DNA of 64,000 nt from the human T2T-CHM13v2.0 reference genome, Homo sapiens: assembly GCF_009914755.1 (NCBI RefSeq), contig NC_060927.1; one strand, written 5' to 3'. The notes beneath the pieces were generated by a model that did no database searches, was not told where the DNA came from, and was given only the letters and a program-made list of their open reading frames with translations. How positions within the stretch are numbered: position 1 is the stretch's first letter; each line of letters opens with the position of its first letter. The position numbers and the translations under genes are program-made. Of this stretch, positions 25,801 to 42,900 are shown one piece after another.

Positions 25801-27299
25801 CCATTGCTGAGGGTTTGGATGTGAGATGGCCAGGACCACAGTGGGCCCAGGGATCTGATTGGGACCTGGGGGAAATGGGGCCACCCTGAGTTGGAGACTG
25901 GGGTGCTGGGGGGAACAGTCGGGGAGCTTGACAGTGTAGGATGCCTTCAGAATATCCGAGAAGCAGCATTGGGGCGTCTGGAGATGCAAATGTGACCATG
26001 TGGGGACACAGTCCAAAGGCAACCCTTGAGGTAGAGTTGTGAAGACCACTCTCCTAGACCTGAGTGCTGGCGACAACAGTACCGGGCATCTGCAGTGTGT
26101 AAACTAGTGCCAGGTGCTGCACACACGTGGTCATAAATCCATCTGTTGGCACATCAGGGATCCCTTCCTTGGCCCACTGTATGGATGAAGGGACTGAGGC
26201 TTAACATGCCCAAGGTCACACAGCCAGCAGCTGGCCATGCTGGAGTTTGAACCTAGTCCTCTGACATCCCAGTCAGGAGAGGCGTGAGCAGGCTGCCGAG
26301 GCCAAATGCAGCCCAGGGCCTCAACCCCCCAGAGGGGCCTCAGGAGCCAGTTAGGTGCCCCACAGCCAACGTGGGCTCCAGGGTGAAGGGGAAAGTGATG
26401 AATCAAACAGAAAGCAGCAGACGCAGACTGAGCTCTCTCCCTGTCGGCCCGGGTGCCAGATTTTCACGCCCACAGCAAAGGGGCCAGGCAGAGCGCTAGG
26501 TGTGGGGCAGGAGAGGGCAGCGAAAGTGGCTGCCACTGAACCCAGACTCTGATGTACTCCGGATATGGGTGGCGTGGACTGACAGACACCCAGCCCAGTT
26601 CCAGACTGAAAGTTGAGTCTGTCTCAGCATGTGAGGATATGAAGTTTGCCTTGTCATGGGGAGCATTTCAGGTCCCTAGGCCTGTGAGGTTCTGGGATGA
26701 GGCACCAGATGGATGTGTCTAAAAACCCTTGTTGAAGGCACTCCACAGCTCAATAACTGACCATTGCTCACTACTCTCTTGGCCCGCACTGAAAGCCACT
26801 GTTTCTTCATCATTTCACTCAGCCCGCCTGTCTCAGCCCCCCAGAACTTTGGAGCTCATTCTTTCAAAGTACATTTCATGTGCAACTGAAATACATATTT
26901 TTAAAAAGATAAAATGAGCATCTAGTTAGCAAAAATGTATTTTGCAAGTGCAAATTCTTTCTTAGCATACAGTCCATCAGGGCGAAGAGCAATGAACACA
27001 AATGTTTGAACTGGGGGCTGGGATGGTAGTTGTAGTCTTATGTTGGTCTCAATGTCCATTTTCTTTCAGTGTTTGATTTTGGTAGCACAGGACAAAGTGA
27101 CCGCTGATTCTCACAGATAATTGTTTACAAATGCTAGCACTGTGTCTGAAGCCCACCTTGCAGTCTCTTTGATTGACAGGGACAGCAAGAGAAGCCTTAT
27201 CTCAAGCTCAGCACAAACCCTGTTCTCTGAGCACATAGGAAGGATTCTAATGTGTCATAATTTGGTGCTGTGCCCATTTGAGTCTGTGTGTGGTTTTTA

Positions 27300-28450
<1,151 letters not shown>

Positions 28451-29546
28451 GAGGAAGAGTGAAAGGATGGACGAAAGGAACTCCTGTGGGGTGGGGCATC
28501 TGGGGCACTTGATGCCCCACGTGACCATTCCCTTCCCGGAGGTCTGCCCCAACTGCTCCAGCCCCCATAGCCTGAGGCTCCCGGCACCTCCCACCCAGCA
28601 TCTGTCACAGCAAATCAATCTGGGCCACATGCTCCTGAAAGGTCCTTGGGAGCCCCACCAGGCTCCAGTGTGGTTGCCCCAAGTACTCCATGAGTAGACA
28701 TGGGCTAGGGACTTACCCAGGCCCTTGGTGGTGCCTCCAAGGGTGGAAAGACTGGGGGACCCTGTGCCCCTGAAAGCCCAGAGTTTCACTGTTTCTGGGT
28801 ACCTTCATTTCTGGGAACTAACTGTGCTTTGGAAAGAGAGAAATGAGAAGCAAAACCCTAGGGCCCCAGTATCACCCCTCCTTTCTGTCTTCCTTCCGCT
28901 TAGTCACAGCCAAGAGCTCAGTACCTCAGCCTCCCTTAGGGCCACTAGGTGGGGCAGAATACAAGGTCAGGCGAGGACACAGCATCTGGGACAAGTCCTT
29001 TCCTGCCAACAGCCTCCGTGAGGGGTCCTAGGATTGCTGAGGGCTGAGACCACCTTCCCAAAGTTGGGGAAGGGGTAACTGAGGCTGTCATCTGGCCTGT
29101 CTCACCTGTCTTACCTGCAGGCCCATCATTCCTGCACAGTCATTTATTAGGCACCAACTGTAAGCCAGGCCCAGGAGGTTGGATGGTTCAGGTGGGGCCC
29201 TGGCCTTGCAGAACTCATGGACTTGCACATAGACTCCTCCTGACAGGCCCCTCATGAGTAGCTGGGTCCTTACGATTTTTCTGGTCAGCAGTGGGGAGCC
29301 GTGGGAGGCATTAGGCTCTGGGGAAGCCAAGCAACATCACATGTACACAGCATAGAGACTCACACACCCTTGCACAGGCACCCACACGTACGTGTATGTT
29401 CATGGGCGTGGGCCTTGAGCACCGGGTCCCGTGAGCCACTGCACCTGGCCAACTGGGTCCATGTCCATAATCATAGGTGTCCACGCAGGGCCTCCCTTGG
29501 ATGGGGGAGCTCCAGGCTCTGGAAACCAAGCCAGGGTTGCATGCAT

Positions 29547-29550
<4 letters not shown>

Positions 29551-29581
<31 letters not shown>

Positions 29582-29591
29582 TGTGTGTGTG
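29551..29591. repeat. (GT)n microsatellite
   Basis: About 20 GT units with one interruption. Confidence 0.95.
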
Positions 29592-29699
29592 GTGTTACTC
29601 TGCCTCAGAGGCCCAACCACTGCCTCCAAGTCATGGGAGCGCAGAGCCCATGTAAGCTCAAACACTGCCCCATGTCATAGAAAAGAGGGCCAAAGATGG

Positions 29700-30000
29700 G
29701 GCTGGGCGTGGTGGCTCACTCCTGTAATCCTAGCACTTTGGGAGGCTGAGTCGGGTGGATCACGAGGTCAGGAGATCGAGACCATCCTGGCTAACACGGT
29801 GAAACCCTGTCTCTACTAAAAATACAAAAAAATTAGCTGGGCGTAGTGGCGGGTGCCTATAATCCCAGCTACTCAGGAGGCTGAGGCAGGAGAATGGCCT
29901 GAACCCGGGAGGCGGAGCTTGCCGTGAGCGGAGATTGCACCACTGCACTCCAGCCTGGACGACAGAGTGAGACTCCGCATCAGAAAAAAAAAAAAAAGAA
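29700..30000 (+). mobile_element. AluY
   Basis: AluY diagnostics (gagatcgagaccatcctggctaacacggtg; gcggagcttg); near-perfect TSD agaaaagag(g/a)gccaaag. Confidence 0.9.
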
Positions 30001-31379
30001 AGAAAAGAGAGCCAAAGCTCAGAGAGGGCCCATGACTTGCCCAGTGTCACACAGCAAGGTGAGGCAGGTCTGGGAGGGAAATGAACCAGACCTTATCCAC
30101 ATCCCTGACCTTTTTGGCTTCATGCTTGGAGCTTGGCACCCCCTGAGAACCACACTCCGTTGACCTCTGGGAAATGGAGGCTGGTGATTCTCCCAGCAAA
30201 CCCGCCTGGGAACTAACCACAGGCTCCTCCCAGCTTTCACTAACCAACCCCAGGATTTCCAATACCGGTGCTTTGCTTAGCTGTACTGGGCACCTGGAAC
30301 TCATTCTCCCTGCCACCCTCCCTCCCTGATTCCTTGAATAAAATTCAGCCTTCCAAATTTTACTCAAATGCTTCTACTTTCTCTGACCCTCTGGAACTTT
30401 CCCCTGTTGCCAGCCTCCCTCCAGCATCTGTCCCCTCATTCCCACCTCCTGTTTACTTCCCTACAAAAGCCAAAAATTGACCCCTAGAGCCTGAGACTCT
30501 GGATGGAGGATCTTCGTAGCTGGGGCCACACCCAGGCCAGCCCAGCCCTTCAGACTCTGCCAGTCACAGTGGGGTGGGCCCTGGAGCTGGAAGAGGAAAC
30601 AGAGCCTCTGCCAGAGTCACCACCTGCCCCCAACCCTACTTCTCCTCCGAAGGCCCAACAAGGTCCTGTGTGCCCTCCAAGGGCAGAGGAGGCTGCTGGC
30701 TGTGGCTGTGGGAGGAGACCTGGAGCACTGTGCCCGAGGCAAAGCTGGCCCCGTGGAGTTTGCTATTCCAGCTTTTATTTACTCCTCTGTACCCTGAGCA
30801 CCATCAACTGGGTGCCAGGCCTGTGCCTATATTTGGCAGGGTGAGGGGTGGGGGCCAGACAAATTGTAGAGGAGCCTCAGGTCTTTGGGGTGTTGCCCCT
30901 CCACTACATGGCCCCAGACCAAGTTCTCTGCCAGTTTGCAGAGCTCTTCCCTTCCACTTGGTCTTGAGGAGGGGCCAGAGAGGCTGCCTTTACCCCATGA
31001 GCTCTGAACCCTCTCACTATCTGGCTGTCCCCTCATTCTCTCACCACCCACTCCCACTCCCGATGGGAGCCTCAGGCCTGGCTTAGGAACCCTGCCCACA
31101 GCTGTACTAATGCCCTTGGCTTTGCTATAGGGAAAGAACACAGCCACTCCACACTCTGGGACAGCCAGCTTGCGTCCATCCCCTAGTGCAGAGGGCTAGT
31201 TTAGGGAAGGACATTAGGACCCTGACTGTGCACCTGACTCAGGGGCCCCGGAGAAGATTTGGTAGGCTAAGGGTGGGCAGGAGAATACAACTCACAGCCA
31301 AGCGGAAGGTGGCTTTCAGCTCCCCCCTTCTCATTTTTTCTTACTGTGGCTGCACCAGGGCTGTGCCCCTCATGGAAGG

Positions 31380-32150
31380 TTCACTTTCCTGCTTATCTAG
31401 TCTCAGATGTTACAGTTTTTCTTGTTATGTATTATACAGAGAGATGGCCTAACTGGTTCTTGCTGCTGCATGGGCAAGCCATTAATTTACAGGGGTTTAT
31501 CTTATAACTGGACACCTTTTTGTTTTCTCTTACAAGATGTGCTTGTTGTTGCTTCTCTTGGATTTTCTACATTGACATTTTACCACTGAAAATAATGACA
31601 ATGACAAATTTGTCTTTTCCTTTCTTTCTTTTTTTTTTTTTTGAGACAAAGTGCCACTCTGTTGCCCAGACTGGAGTGCAGTGGCGCGATCTCCCAGGTT
31701 CAAGCGATTCTCTTGGCTCAGCCTCCCGAGTAGCTGGGATTACAGGCGTCCACCACCATGCCAGGCTAATTTTTTTTTTGTATTTTCAGTAGAGACGGGG
31801 TTTTGCCATGTTGGCCAGGCTGGTCTCGAACTCCTGACCTCAAGTGATCTGCCACCTCGGCCTCCCAAAATGCTGGGATTACAGGCCTGAGCCACCACAC
31901 CCGGCCTGTCTTTTCCTTTTTAATACTTATGGCTCTTATTTATTTTCCTTGTTTAATAGCTTGGCTGAGACCTTCAATACAATATTGAAAAACTGTAACG
32001 ACTAGAGCATTTGTATATTGTTTCTCACTTGGGGTGCCTCTGGTCCCTCCCTGTCAAGTGCACTTGCTATTGATTTTGGATAGATGGCCCTTTTCTACTT
32101 AAAAATGGTTCAGTCTAGTTCTGGCTGACTCTGATTTTTTGTTTATTTTA
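31380..32150 (-). mobile_element. Old L1 fragment interrupted by an antisense Alu (about 31621-31906)
   Basis: T-rich L1-like text (ttatttattttccttg...cttcaatacaatattgaa); Alu flanked by the TSD tgtcttttccttt. Confidence 0.65.
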
Positions 32151-32769
32151 GAGGCTTTTTTTTTCATCTTTCATTCATGCAACAGACCTTCAGTGAGCTG
32201 ATTGCCAGGACTACACTGTCATACTGTGGTACCAAAGAAAAATTGACACGGTCCCTACTCATAAGGAGTTCATGGCCTGGTGGAGGATACAGGCAGGCAA
32301 ATAGATCCTTATCCTTAGGCCATGGGGCATGCATTCAGTCACCATCTGCTGGCACTGTGCCAGGCACAAGGAATGGGCACTATTCAGGCAGGCCCCCATC
32401 ACAGTCTGGTGGGGTCCAAGCAGTTCACATCCCCTCTCACTCAAGTTCCCACAGAGTAGTTGCAATGGTGAGCTGAGGTTTTCTCTGCTGCAGAGGCCAG
32501 GTGGGTAAGTAACCAAAAGTGCCTGAGAGCTAATCCCCTGGAGCAGCCTGAAACCAAGGAAGACAGAGAGTTGGTAGACACATGCCCAGCTCCCTCACCC
32601 CTTGGGTGGGACAACCGTGGCTTGTGTTTTCTGCCAGCTCCCAACTGAAGACTGAGCCTCAGTTGCCTACAGAAGGAACCCACTCATAAACCCACCTACC
32701 TCCTTTGGCTTCCTTTCCTTCCCTGTCTCACCCCCTCTCCCATTTTATATCAATAAGTGTGAAGGCTGA

Positions 32770-33099
<330 letters not shown>

Positions 33100-33199
33100 T
33101 AGTCTATCATAGTCTATCATATTCTCAAGGATCATGGCAGAAGGCACAGAACTCTGGGTTCAGAAACAGACAACAGATTATTGTTTACAGTAACGGCAG

Positions 33200-33570
33200 T
33201 AGACAGAGTAAAAGCATTTTCTTGCACCACTTCCCTGAACCGCAGTTCCTACAGAGTGATGTGATGATGGCCCGGTGATGCCTGCATATGCATTGGGTTG
33301 CACTACGGTGGAGAAACTGTATGCTGAATTTAGGGGACCCACGTCTTTTATAATAAGCTGCAAGCAAACCTGCCCAGGTGGGAGATGTTATCTTTAGTAT
33401 ACGGGACAATAAAATCTGCCTTTTGCTCTGGAGGGAGATACTACCTCTATCTTCTAAGGTTACTCACTATAATAATCACCCTTGTAAAGATTATTTAGAA
33501 CAAGGGCAACCAGTGCCTCTACTGGCAAGTGTGCAGAAATAGGAGAGAACCATGGGGAATTGTCTCTCAA
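33200..33570. mobile_element. Probable ERVL-type LTR relic (MER76-like)
   Basis: Resembles recalled consensus (ggagggagatactacctctatctt...ccatggggaattgtctctcaa); subfamily uncertain. Confidence 0.4.
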
Positions 33571-34254
33571 TACCTTACTGGTGCTTCTTGGCATTACTTC
33601 CCAAATAATCTATTTGCATTTGGATGCTTGTCTCAGAGTGGTTTCTGCAGGAAAAAACCCAAGATAGAGAGACAACACTATATAGGCATCGATGTATTTC
33701 TGGGGTGACTCTCTTTCCTCCAGACCTCTCCTGCAAACAACGCAGGGGAGCCACGCAAAGGAAGAGGTTTCCACACCTGGGATTGATACTGCTGGGACTC
33801 CAGGGCAGGTGCTCTAAAGGACTCTTAGAATTTCATTTTTAATGTTTAATATTTGGTCCATCTAGAATTTATGGTGGAAGGTGTGAGGTAGACGTTGCAC
33901 TTTTTTTTCCTTCCAAATTGCTCCAATATCACTTACTGGAAATTGTGCTTTGTCTGTTACCACTCTCTTCTAATCTGCCTGTGGCCTGTTCCTTAGAGTG
34001 TATCACAAACATACAAGTGATCAATTTCCAATAAATTGATTAAAGAATTCATGTGCATTCCCATTTTGTCAAACCACTGATTTGACACTCAGTGCTGATG
34101 CAGTGTGAGACAAACCCAAACACCCACTGTCATGATAGCACCGTTCAGGTTCTAGGGCAATGCATGGAGGTTGTGCTTTTGCTAACTGCAGAGCAAACAC
34201 TACTTCAGCCTTCACAGAGAATTTAACTGTGAATAGTGAAGATTTCTTTTCTTC

Positions 34255-36931
<2,677 letters not shown>

Positions 36932-38264
36932 TCAAGTCACGATGCAGGATACCTAGCTCTAGAACCACCTGCAGCAGGGCACCGGTGTCCCCTGCAAACC
37001 CATAGCTCTTTTCACTCAGGTCACGTGGGTCCCAGGTCAACTTCATCCACAGCAGGTTCTTTCCAGCCACAGCCAGCCTGACCTGGGTGCAGGCATCAAG
37101 GCCTCTAAGTGACAGAGAATGCAGCACTCCCACCCACTGCCAGCTGCCCCAGGTAGCTTCTGAGAACTGGCCACTGCAGAGTACAAGCACAGCAATGACC
37201 TGTGTCCTTGGGCTGCCCCACTGCCCTCCTACAGGGGAGGGAGGACCTCTCTGCCATAGCCCCACCTCACAGCTGCCACCCACCCACTGGGTCCTAGCCC
37301 TTCTTAACGCCAGCATTGTCCCCATCTTCTCTGTGACATTGGGGTGGATGGGTAGCACGCTTGGCGCTGTGCTCAGTGAGGGCCAAGGAGTGACCTGAGG
37401 GTGGGAGGAGAGAGGCAAGTTCTTGCCGACACCCCGTCCAGCCTTGGCCAGGGGAGGTTCTCCATTCTGAAGGTAAAGGGGTCATGAGTGGTTAAAAGGT
37501 TGTCCTAGTGCCTCCCAGCTATGTGACCCTGACCTGCTCACTCAGCACCCTCAGCCATACTTCCAGGCCCCTGCTCTAACAATGCTGCTCCTGGGATCCT
37601 GTGATGGGAACACTCATGGCCATTCCCTTGAAATGTGGCCAGACTTCAACCCAGTCCCAGACAGTTGTCAGTGCCCACTCACTGCAGCCTCTCCTCTGCA
37701 TTCTCCAGGCTATTTTCCAAAAGGCCAGATGCATGTCCTGGGTGGCTTGATGCTGAAGCTGGGGCCTGGGCCCCCTGCTGTGGGACAGGGAAGTGTGGGT
37801 GAGACAAGGCTGTCCTGAAGGAGTGACTAGAGACAGAGGCTGCCCACCAGCAAAGGGGGCTCAGTGAGCAGGGCCTGGCACTGCTGACCCCACCTTGTTT
37901 TCCCTCCTACTCTCCCTTGGTGCTTCACACCCCCGGCTGCTCACTGGCCTAGGCAGGACACTCCTGTCTAACCTCCTGCTTTCACTGTGGACCCACACCC
38001 ACACGCTGCCTCCATAGGTACACATGCCCTTTTTTTCTCTACTAACACCTGTTTCTCGTCGTCCACTCTGCCAGGCTGGACACCGGGCACTTCAGAGGTC
38101 ATGCCAGATCCAGCACCGGGATGGAGGAGTCTAAGGAGGCACCTGCAGTCAGGGAGGGCTTCCTGGAGGCAGAGACCGAAGCTAAGGGCTCAGTACCCTC
38201 TCCCCCCACTTACCCCAGGTCACTGGCTGTCCTCTGAGCCTCACTCCCTGGAAGGGCCAGCAGG

Positions 38265-38349
38265 TTCCAGGAAGTGTCCCCTCGCCCTGCAGTGCTGGTT
38301 CCAAGAACTGCAGCTCTTGGCAGCATTTGCTTAGGATCCTTTCCTAGAA
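38265..38349. promoter_or_regulatory. Triple GAS (STAT5-type) cluster, candidate enhancer
   Basis: TTCCAGGAA 38265, TTCCAAGAA 38299, TTCCTAGAA 38341. Confidence 0.65.
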
Positions 38350-39108
38350 CTTGAGACCTGCTCTGCCCAGACTGCTGGGGTCTCAGAGGGCAGCCAGTGG
38401 GGGTAGTGGGGGAAGGGGGTGCACTGGGAGGTGCCTCTGCAGGGAGAACATTCCATGGACCAAACATTGGGAGGTGGGCCTAGGCTGTCAGCCGGGAGTG
38501 GTTGGCCACACTAGGGTGGTCAACACCTCCAACAGGAGGTCGGTGAAATGCAGGTGCTTTGACTGCAGTCAACCATGGGGTGCGGGCCCATGAGTTCTCC
38601 CTGCACAAGAAGGAGGCTCATTCCCTTGGTCCAGAACTTCCACCAGCTTGCCACATGCCACCCTCCACCCCCCGACTCTACTCCCCCCACTAGCCTGGCA
38701 CCAGGGTCCCATCCCATAGAGAATCAGCACAGGCCTTACCCTCAGAATAGGCCCTCATCAGATAACCTCCAGAGGACAGGCCAGGGTGCAGGACAGGCAG
38801 GTTCTGAGCAGGGAAGGGGGATGGGATCGTCTTGGGGCCCTTGGAAGGCCATGACACTTGTGTTATTAATCCTGTTATAATTTTACCTTTCCTGGTTAGA
38901 ACTGAATAAATTACCCCACCTCACACCCCCCAGCAAAGTTGGGTCGGGTGAATGAGGGACAGGCCCTGGTAAGTGGTCAAGGACAGGGCCCTACTTCCCT
39001 CAAGGTCACCAGGCCTCCCCCTGGGGCGTGTCCTCCACCCGCCACTTCTGAGCTGGCACCAGGCCTGCCCAGCCGCCTGGGACCTGCCAGATCACGTTGA
39101 GCAACCAG

Positions 39109-39254
39109 TTCCTGAGAAGCGTTGAAGGCAGTGTGGTTTAAAATTAACTCCCCCGCTCCCCCTCCCGCCTGCGGCCTCCTCTGAGTTCTTGGAAGCGGCG
39201 CTCTGCTCTTCCTGGGAAGAGGCCTCCAGCCGCAGCTGCTGCAATTCTGGCGAA
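39109..39254. promoter_or_regulatory. STAT6/STAT5/RUNX motif cluster, candidate enhancer
   Basis: TTC-N4-GAA at 39109, 39209 and 39245; TTCTTGGAA at 39186; TGTGGTT at 39132. Confidence 0.6.
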
Positions 39255-39912
39255 AACACCTCACCCAGGCTGGGGGTGGGGGGTGCCCACGCCAGGCCTT
39301 CTCTGCCCTACACAAGGCCCAGGGATCCTCTGGAAGCTAGCACCCACCCTAGTTACTCACTGAGACCCAGAAGAGAAAGGGGGTGATTGTCAAGGTGCTG
39401 GGAGGAGGTGCTCCTGCCCCCAAAGCCCACAGCTCCCAACCAGGCACCTCTGGGTAGGAGAGAAAGTGAATTGATCCCACAACAGCAAACCCAGGACCCT
39501 GGCCTACTTTGAGCCATATATGTCCTGGCGAGATGCAGCAACTTCCTAGGGCCACCCAGCTTTGCCTGCCCTTATAAGCTCAGCTTGCCCACTAGGTGCC
39601 AGGCTGATGGTGCTGATCTGGCAAGGATGCCCGGGAGCACGCCCCCGCAGGCATGCACACACCTGGGTTAACAGTGATCTCTGCCAGGATCTCTCCTTTT
39701 CTCTCACCCACACCCCTCAAACTGCCCTTGGAACACCTCTCCTCCTGGTTAAGCCTCATTTTCTCATGTCTCGTGGGCTCCGTGTCCCTGGGGCTTTGGG
39801 GGAAATGTTTCCTGAGAACCTACTCTCCCAGCAGCTCCTCCTCCCACAGCCATCCACTGGAAGGAGCTGAGAAAAACAAAGGAATGTTGGCCAAGTGGAA
39901 AGGTCAGCACAA

Positions 39913-39927
39913 GCATGTGCGCGCGCG

Positions 39928-39983
<56 letters not shown>
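39913..39983. repeat. Compound (GC)9(AC)23 microsatellite
   Basis: 71 bp of uninterrupted purine-pyrimidine alternation. Confidence 0.97.
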
Positions 39984-39984
<1 letters not shown>

Positions 39985-42900
39985 GTGATGTCACTGATGT
40001 GGGGCTGGTGGGGGTGGGAGCAGTGAAGTGCTTCCTGGGAGGAGGCTGAGGGCTGAGAGGCACTTTGAAGAACAGAGCTTTGGCCCAGTCTGGACTATGA
40101 GTGCAATCCCCACCTCTGGTGGAGGAGCCCAGCTCTGGTGACAGGAAGGGCCCCATCTGGCTCATGGGTGCTGGGTGTGGGGAGAGTCCCTGGAGCAGGA
40201 CTCTGCCTGAGGAGCATTTGCTGGATACCACCCTCCCCACCAGGCATGTCATCAGGGCATCATCGGTGCCAGCGCAAGCATCTCACTAGTAGGGTCTGTG
40301 TGGGTGAGACAGTCCTGGAGGGCTGCCTGGAGGAGTCATGGCAATCCTAGGTTCCCATAGCCCTCAGAGGCCCTGCCTGTTTTAATGAGGCCCGGGCCAT
40401 GGAAGCAACTCTCTTTCCACTGAGCAGGAAGCTTTGACCACATCAGAAAAGCTCCCCTTCCCTGGGCCTGCTGTGTCTCCTCCTGCTCAGAGATGAGCAT
40501 CGGTTTCCATTCACTCCCCATTCCCCAGCATCCAGGCCCAGCCACTCTCCAACCACTCTGAGGTCTGCATTCTGACCAAAATCAAACCTCCAGGGACCTC
40601 CTCTAGCTTGAGTCTCAGACGTGGGAACTCCAGCCTGCTGCCCCAGAGTGACTCTTGGAGTGACCCCTTGGGTGGTCCACGGGAGCCAGGGAGGGATAGG
40701 GAGGACACATCCACCATGAGAGGCTGTTGAATTTCCGGCAAAGCTCAAGTCTACTTTATCTTAAAACTGGTCTAGCAGGTTGGTGTCAAAGGCTGCCCAG
40801 GCTTGCACAGGGCCTACTTCTCCTGGAGGAAGAGGGCCTTTATGAGAGCTGGAGAAGTCTGGGATGTCCTATGCACAGACCCTGAGTCTTCCTGCCTTCG
40901 TAGTCAGGCCTCTAGGCCTTTAGGCCCCCGGCCCCTCGCCTTCCACTTCACTGTGGGCAACCGTGCAGGACGGGAGGGTCCCCATCTGAGAGTGAGGTGG
41001 GCCTAGTCATGGACCCCAGCCCCACTCAGCTGTGTGTCCAGCCTTGGCCAGGAGAGATTTGCTCAGTCAGTAGATTAAAAGTCCAGCCTAGGTGCAGGGA
41101 CCTAGTGAGATGTACACACTGGCACCAATGATACCCCAGTGGTATGTCTGGAAGGGGGGTGGTATCCAGCAAACACTCCTTGGGGGCAACAAGAAATACC
41201 TAGATGGCTTAGCAGCATTTCTGTCCGAAGGTTGTTCCAGAGGGAGGCTTGTGAATCCAGGGAGGGACGCCACACAGGATCAATCTCCAAACCCATTTCC
41301 CACCTGGAGGCAGAATCCTCTAGGGCCCAGCCCCCAGACCCCCTCCTCCAGAAAGCCCTCCTGAATCTCCCCATCCTCCTGCATGCCTTCTGAACCTGTG
41401 GGTGCCTAGGCTTTAGCAAGCCAGACCCTTGGAGGCAGAATAGAGCAGTGGTTATTCCAAACAATGTCTGGAATCAGGATGTGAACTCTGGCTCTGCCTC
41501 TCACCACCCCTCTCTGAGGCCTTCCCTCTTCAGCTGTAGATGAGGACAACCTCTGCTAGTGGGGTAGGAACCCAACCCAGAGTCACAGAGTTGCTGCCCT
41601 CACCTCTTTCTGCCCCCGCTCCCACACTCTACCCTCCAGATCCTTCTTTCTGGCCTCTTGCCTCCAGGCCCTCATGAGTACAGATACCTCCCTTAGAAAT
41701 GAGGGTCAGATCACAGCACTCCCCTGCTAGGCTCTGAAGAGGTGCTTTGCCATCCTCAAATAAAATCCACCTGCTTCCTTTGCCCTTCCCACCCCTCCTG
41801 GGCAGCCATTCTGGGCTCTAGGTCTCTGCCTCAGGGCCACTGCACTTGTAGTTCCTTTCACCTGGGACATCCCTTCTGCAAGTTGTCTGCATGGCCAGCT
41901 CCTGCTCATTGCCTGGGTCTCCAGGCTCAGTGCCACCCAAAGCTGCAGAGCTATCCCCAACGCCCTCCCAGCTGCAGGGTGTCCCCATTCCCAAAGTTAC
42001 TCTTCCCACCCCCACTGCTTTTCTTTCTTTACACTCTCAAAGCTTGTCCTATGCACCCATTTGTTCACTAGTTCACTCTCTGTCTCTCCCGCTAGCCCAC
42101 GAGCCCAATGAGTATGGGGACCGTGTCTGTCTTGTTCCCTGCTGTCTCCAGGACCTAGATGGAGTCTGGCCCAGTTGGTGCCTTTGGAGCACATGTGCTG
42201 GTGGAGGACTTAATGATAAAGTGTGACCTTCGTTACTGTTTGTATGTTGTGCAGGGTCCTTGCACCCACCAGAAGGCTCATCCCTTTGTTCCTGGCTAGT
42301 GTCAACATGTGTGCCCCTTTTACTAGGCCAGGACCACACAGTGGTGATCACGTTGGCCAGAGGATCTTCAGCATCTGTTAGGCTGAGTCTCTGATTGGGG
42401 TCTGGGCAGGCATCATTCACTGCCCTGGCAGGGAAACAAGAAAAGAAGATGGAACCTGGAACCTGTTGGGGGTCAGAAGTAGCTGGCAGCCCCTCCCCAG
42501 ACAGGAGCCGGGCCCTGGCTTGAGCTGAGGCCAGGGTGAAGAGAACAGGACCTTGGTGGCCAGGCCAGTGGCCAAGAGCTCTCAGCAGGCAGGGATACCA
42601 GGAGATAGAAAACAGCATCCAAGAGCAACTTGCCTGGAAGCCACCATCCCTGTCCTCCCCATCTCATGTAGTAATCCGGGGGACAAAAGGTCAGTCAGGA
42701 CCCCCCAGGGTTAGCTCTGCCCTGAGCCCCACTTGTTGAGTGGCCGTGGTCAGCCCCTTCCCTGCTCTGAGCCTCGGTTTCCTCATCTGTGTAGCGTGGG
42801 TAATATTTGGACTTCACTCCCAAAGTTGTGGTGAGTGCTACATGAGGTGCAAGCCCTCGCCCCATGCCCAGCACCTGGCAGGCACCTTGAGACATTTCTC

